DNA from: Moniliella sp. 'wahieum'
Lineage: Eukaryota
Direction of reading: 5' to 3'
Length of the DNA stretch: 64,000 bases
Assembly (NCBI GenBank): GCA_003971905.1
Contig: RSEE01000003.1
Coordinates: forward strand, 186,001-250,000
The notes beneath the pieces are model-generated. The model worked only from the letters and a program-made list of their open reading frames with translations. It had not been told where the DNA came from and searched no databases. The translations under genes and the position numbers were made by a program. The stretch's first letter is position 1; every line of letters starts with the position of its first letter. Below are positions 62,281 through 64,000 of this stretch, in pieces.

Positions 62281-62698
62281 TTACGGTTGAATCCCCTTTT
62301 TCTTGAGCATCTCAGCCTCCTCCTCCTCGATCTGCTCTCGTCGATCTTGGCACCCTTGGAAGGCTCATTGCCGTGCTTGCGAGCATGCTCGGTAGGCGCC
62401 TCGTCCGGTTGGTTGCTGGCCTGTTTCTCGGCCTTGTCCTCACGCGCAGCCTGGTCCAGCTTGTTCTGCACAACCACCGTGCCCTGGTCAGTACGCATTC
62501 GATCACATCACAGTAGCCATAAAATAAGGCGCAGGACGGCGTTCGTACCTTGAGCGATTTGCCGTCGCGCGAGTCGAACGTTTCGTGCGAGTGGACCTGG
62601 CCCGCGTGCTGTGGCGCCTTGCCAGCGTACTGGTCGTCGCCCTTGGGCAGCTGGTCGGCCCCAGTGAGGCCAGCTTCAGCGTGTGCGATGGTGGACAT
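62281..62698 (-). CDS. Small hydrophilin-like fungal protein
   Basis: MSTIAHAEAG...FDSRDGKSLK|NKLDQAARE...PTEHARKHGNEPSKGAKIDE/IEEEEAEMLKKKG; intron 62466-62548; upstream TATAAAT at 62774-62780. Confidence 0.75.
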
Positions 62699-62773
62699 GA
62701 TGCAAGGAGTAAACGCGATGAAGAAGGGTGCTGGGTAGGTCGGTAGCAAGACGGCATGAGTAGGAGGGAGGAT

Positions 62774-62780
62774 ATTTATA
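62774..62780 (-). promoter_or_regulatory. TATA box of the hydrophilin gene
   Basis: TATAAAT on the minus strand ~80 bp upstream of the ATG, in otherwise GC-rich DNA. Confidence 0.55.
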
Positions 62781-64000
62781 CACAAACCTGTGTGTTGCCA
62801 CCCGCCTCACCGCCTGCCCGTGTTCGATCCGGAAGCACACCCACACAATCGACCACATCGCCATCCGCTCCGTTTTGGGTGTTGGATGGCCATGACGTCA
62901 GTGCATGCAAGGCCTCTTTTGCTTCACACACTAGATGTGGTCATAAAGACCAGGCATCCCCGTCATCGTCTCGTCTCGGTCTCATCGAGGCACAGGGCCC
63001 AAGTAGATCAGAAGGGCCATTCTGTGTGTGAAGCCGTTGCGTACGCAGCTCTGTGCAGGCGTCTCGGGATCGACATGGTACGAGCCGCCACCACAACGCA
63101 GCGTCGAATACGTTTCTCAGTATTGTCGCCATTCGATCGCGATGCACATATGGACTCTTCTCTCCATCAGCAGAAGAGGTTCCCATATTAAAAAACTCTC
63201 CGACATACGATCTGGTGCCTTTCTGTCTGTCTGTTCCTCAACAGTCCCTCACACTCGCCTTCTCTCACAAAGAATGCCATCAGTCGGGTTTCACTCCCCC
63301 CATCCACATTTTCCTTGTCGCCCATGCAAGCCTGCCTGCGGCCAAAAGCAGCAGCCGGTGTAGTGTGGGCATTAAAATAAACCTACTCGATCTGGTTGGA
63401 GATCTCATCCATCGATCATCAACATCACCGATTCCATCTTCGGGGGATCGAAGTTTGAGGATCGAGGACTCTGGAACAGCAAAGCGCTAAGAGCCATCAA
63501 GAATCCGCACTGTCCGCAGGCCCCAGGCTGGCCTCACGACACTGGCCGCACGGCATGCGTCATGATGACGTCGTGGGTCGGTCAACCTCATCAACGTTGG
63601 TTCAGCTGAACCTGAACGTTCAACGTTCAGCCAAAGCGAGCGAGCGCGCCTCTTCGCCTCTTCGCTCCACACACACGCTTTGGATCTCACACTCCAGCTT
63701 CAACTGGCACCTCTTAATCTCCGAGTTTTATTTTATGACTACGAATGCAAATCGTCCTCTCAATCTCTGATACTCAGCATTCTTGGTGCGCCTCCGGACT
63801 CGTTGTCTCCACGTACATCCTTAATGTCGCATGCGTAGCACAGGACAGGGAGAGGGGACGGGAGGAGGCAGACCAGGGAGGTAGAACAGGGCGGCACGGT
63901 AGATTGATCGTCCAACCCCTAATTAATCATTCCGAATCTTTTTCGCTTGGGTTTGTGGTGGGTTACTGGCCGGCCAGCCTATCGACAAAGGGACTTTCGC

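Noticed and set aside
1..64000. Numerous frameshifts in RPC2, RPL15, TOF1, 14-3-3, GRR1, eEF3, MGA2 and others as pseudogenes or programmed frameshifting
   Set aside because: They hit many essential genes, often at homopolymer runs, with little other decay. This is the signature of unpolished long-read indel errors.

Overview
Gene-dense, GC-rich eukaryotic DNA from a fungus, most likely an intron-poor basidiomycete (inferred from eEF3, a Zn2Cys6 factor, Mga2/Spt23, an Ime2/Crk1 kinase and a PCNA with a long loop insertion). The sequence is rich in 1-nt indels that break even essential genes (RPC2, RPL15, eEF3, 14-3-3), so most gene models are stitched across frames and some ends are approximate. 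About 24 protein genes are recognisable: RPC2, a UBE2G1/Ubc15-type E2, PCNA, mitochondrial bL33, an Ime2/MAK kinase, RPL15, RPL5, Tof1/Timeless, thiamine pyrophosphokinase, a coiled-coil protein, Zn2Cys6 and C2H2 factors, 14-3-3, SmF, Grr1, Yuh1/UCH, an RRM protein, a Pro/Ser-rich unknown, eEF3, an Sds3-like protein, TMEM19/DUF92, Mga2/Spt23 and a small hydrophilin. There is also an intron-containing tRNA-Arg(ACG) and a decayed Ty3/gypsy element. The best leads are: (1) an uncharacterised coiled-coil protein whose spliced N-terminus reads like a CC1-box dynein-adaptor motif; (2) an apparent WW-domain/thiamine pyrophosphokinase fusion; (3) 15 of 15 inferred intron donors with a pyrimidine at +4; (4) a telobox-like AACCCTAG motif in housekeeping promoters; (5) pervasive 7-bp-period micro-repeats in intergenic DNA. 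All are hypotheses from reading the sequence; no searches were run.
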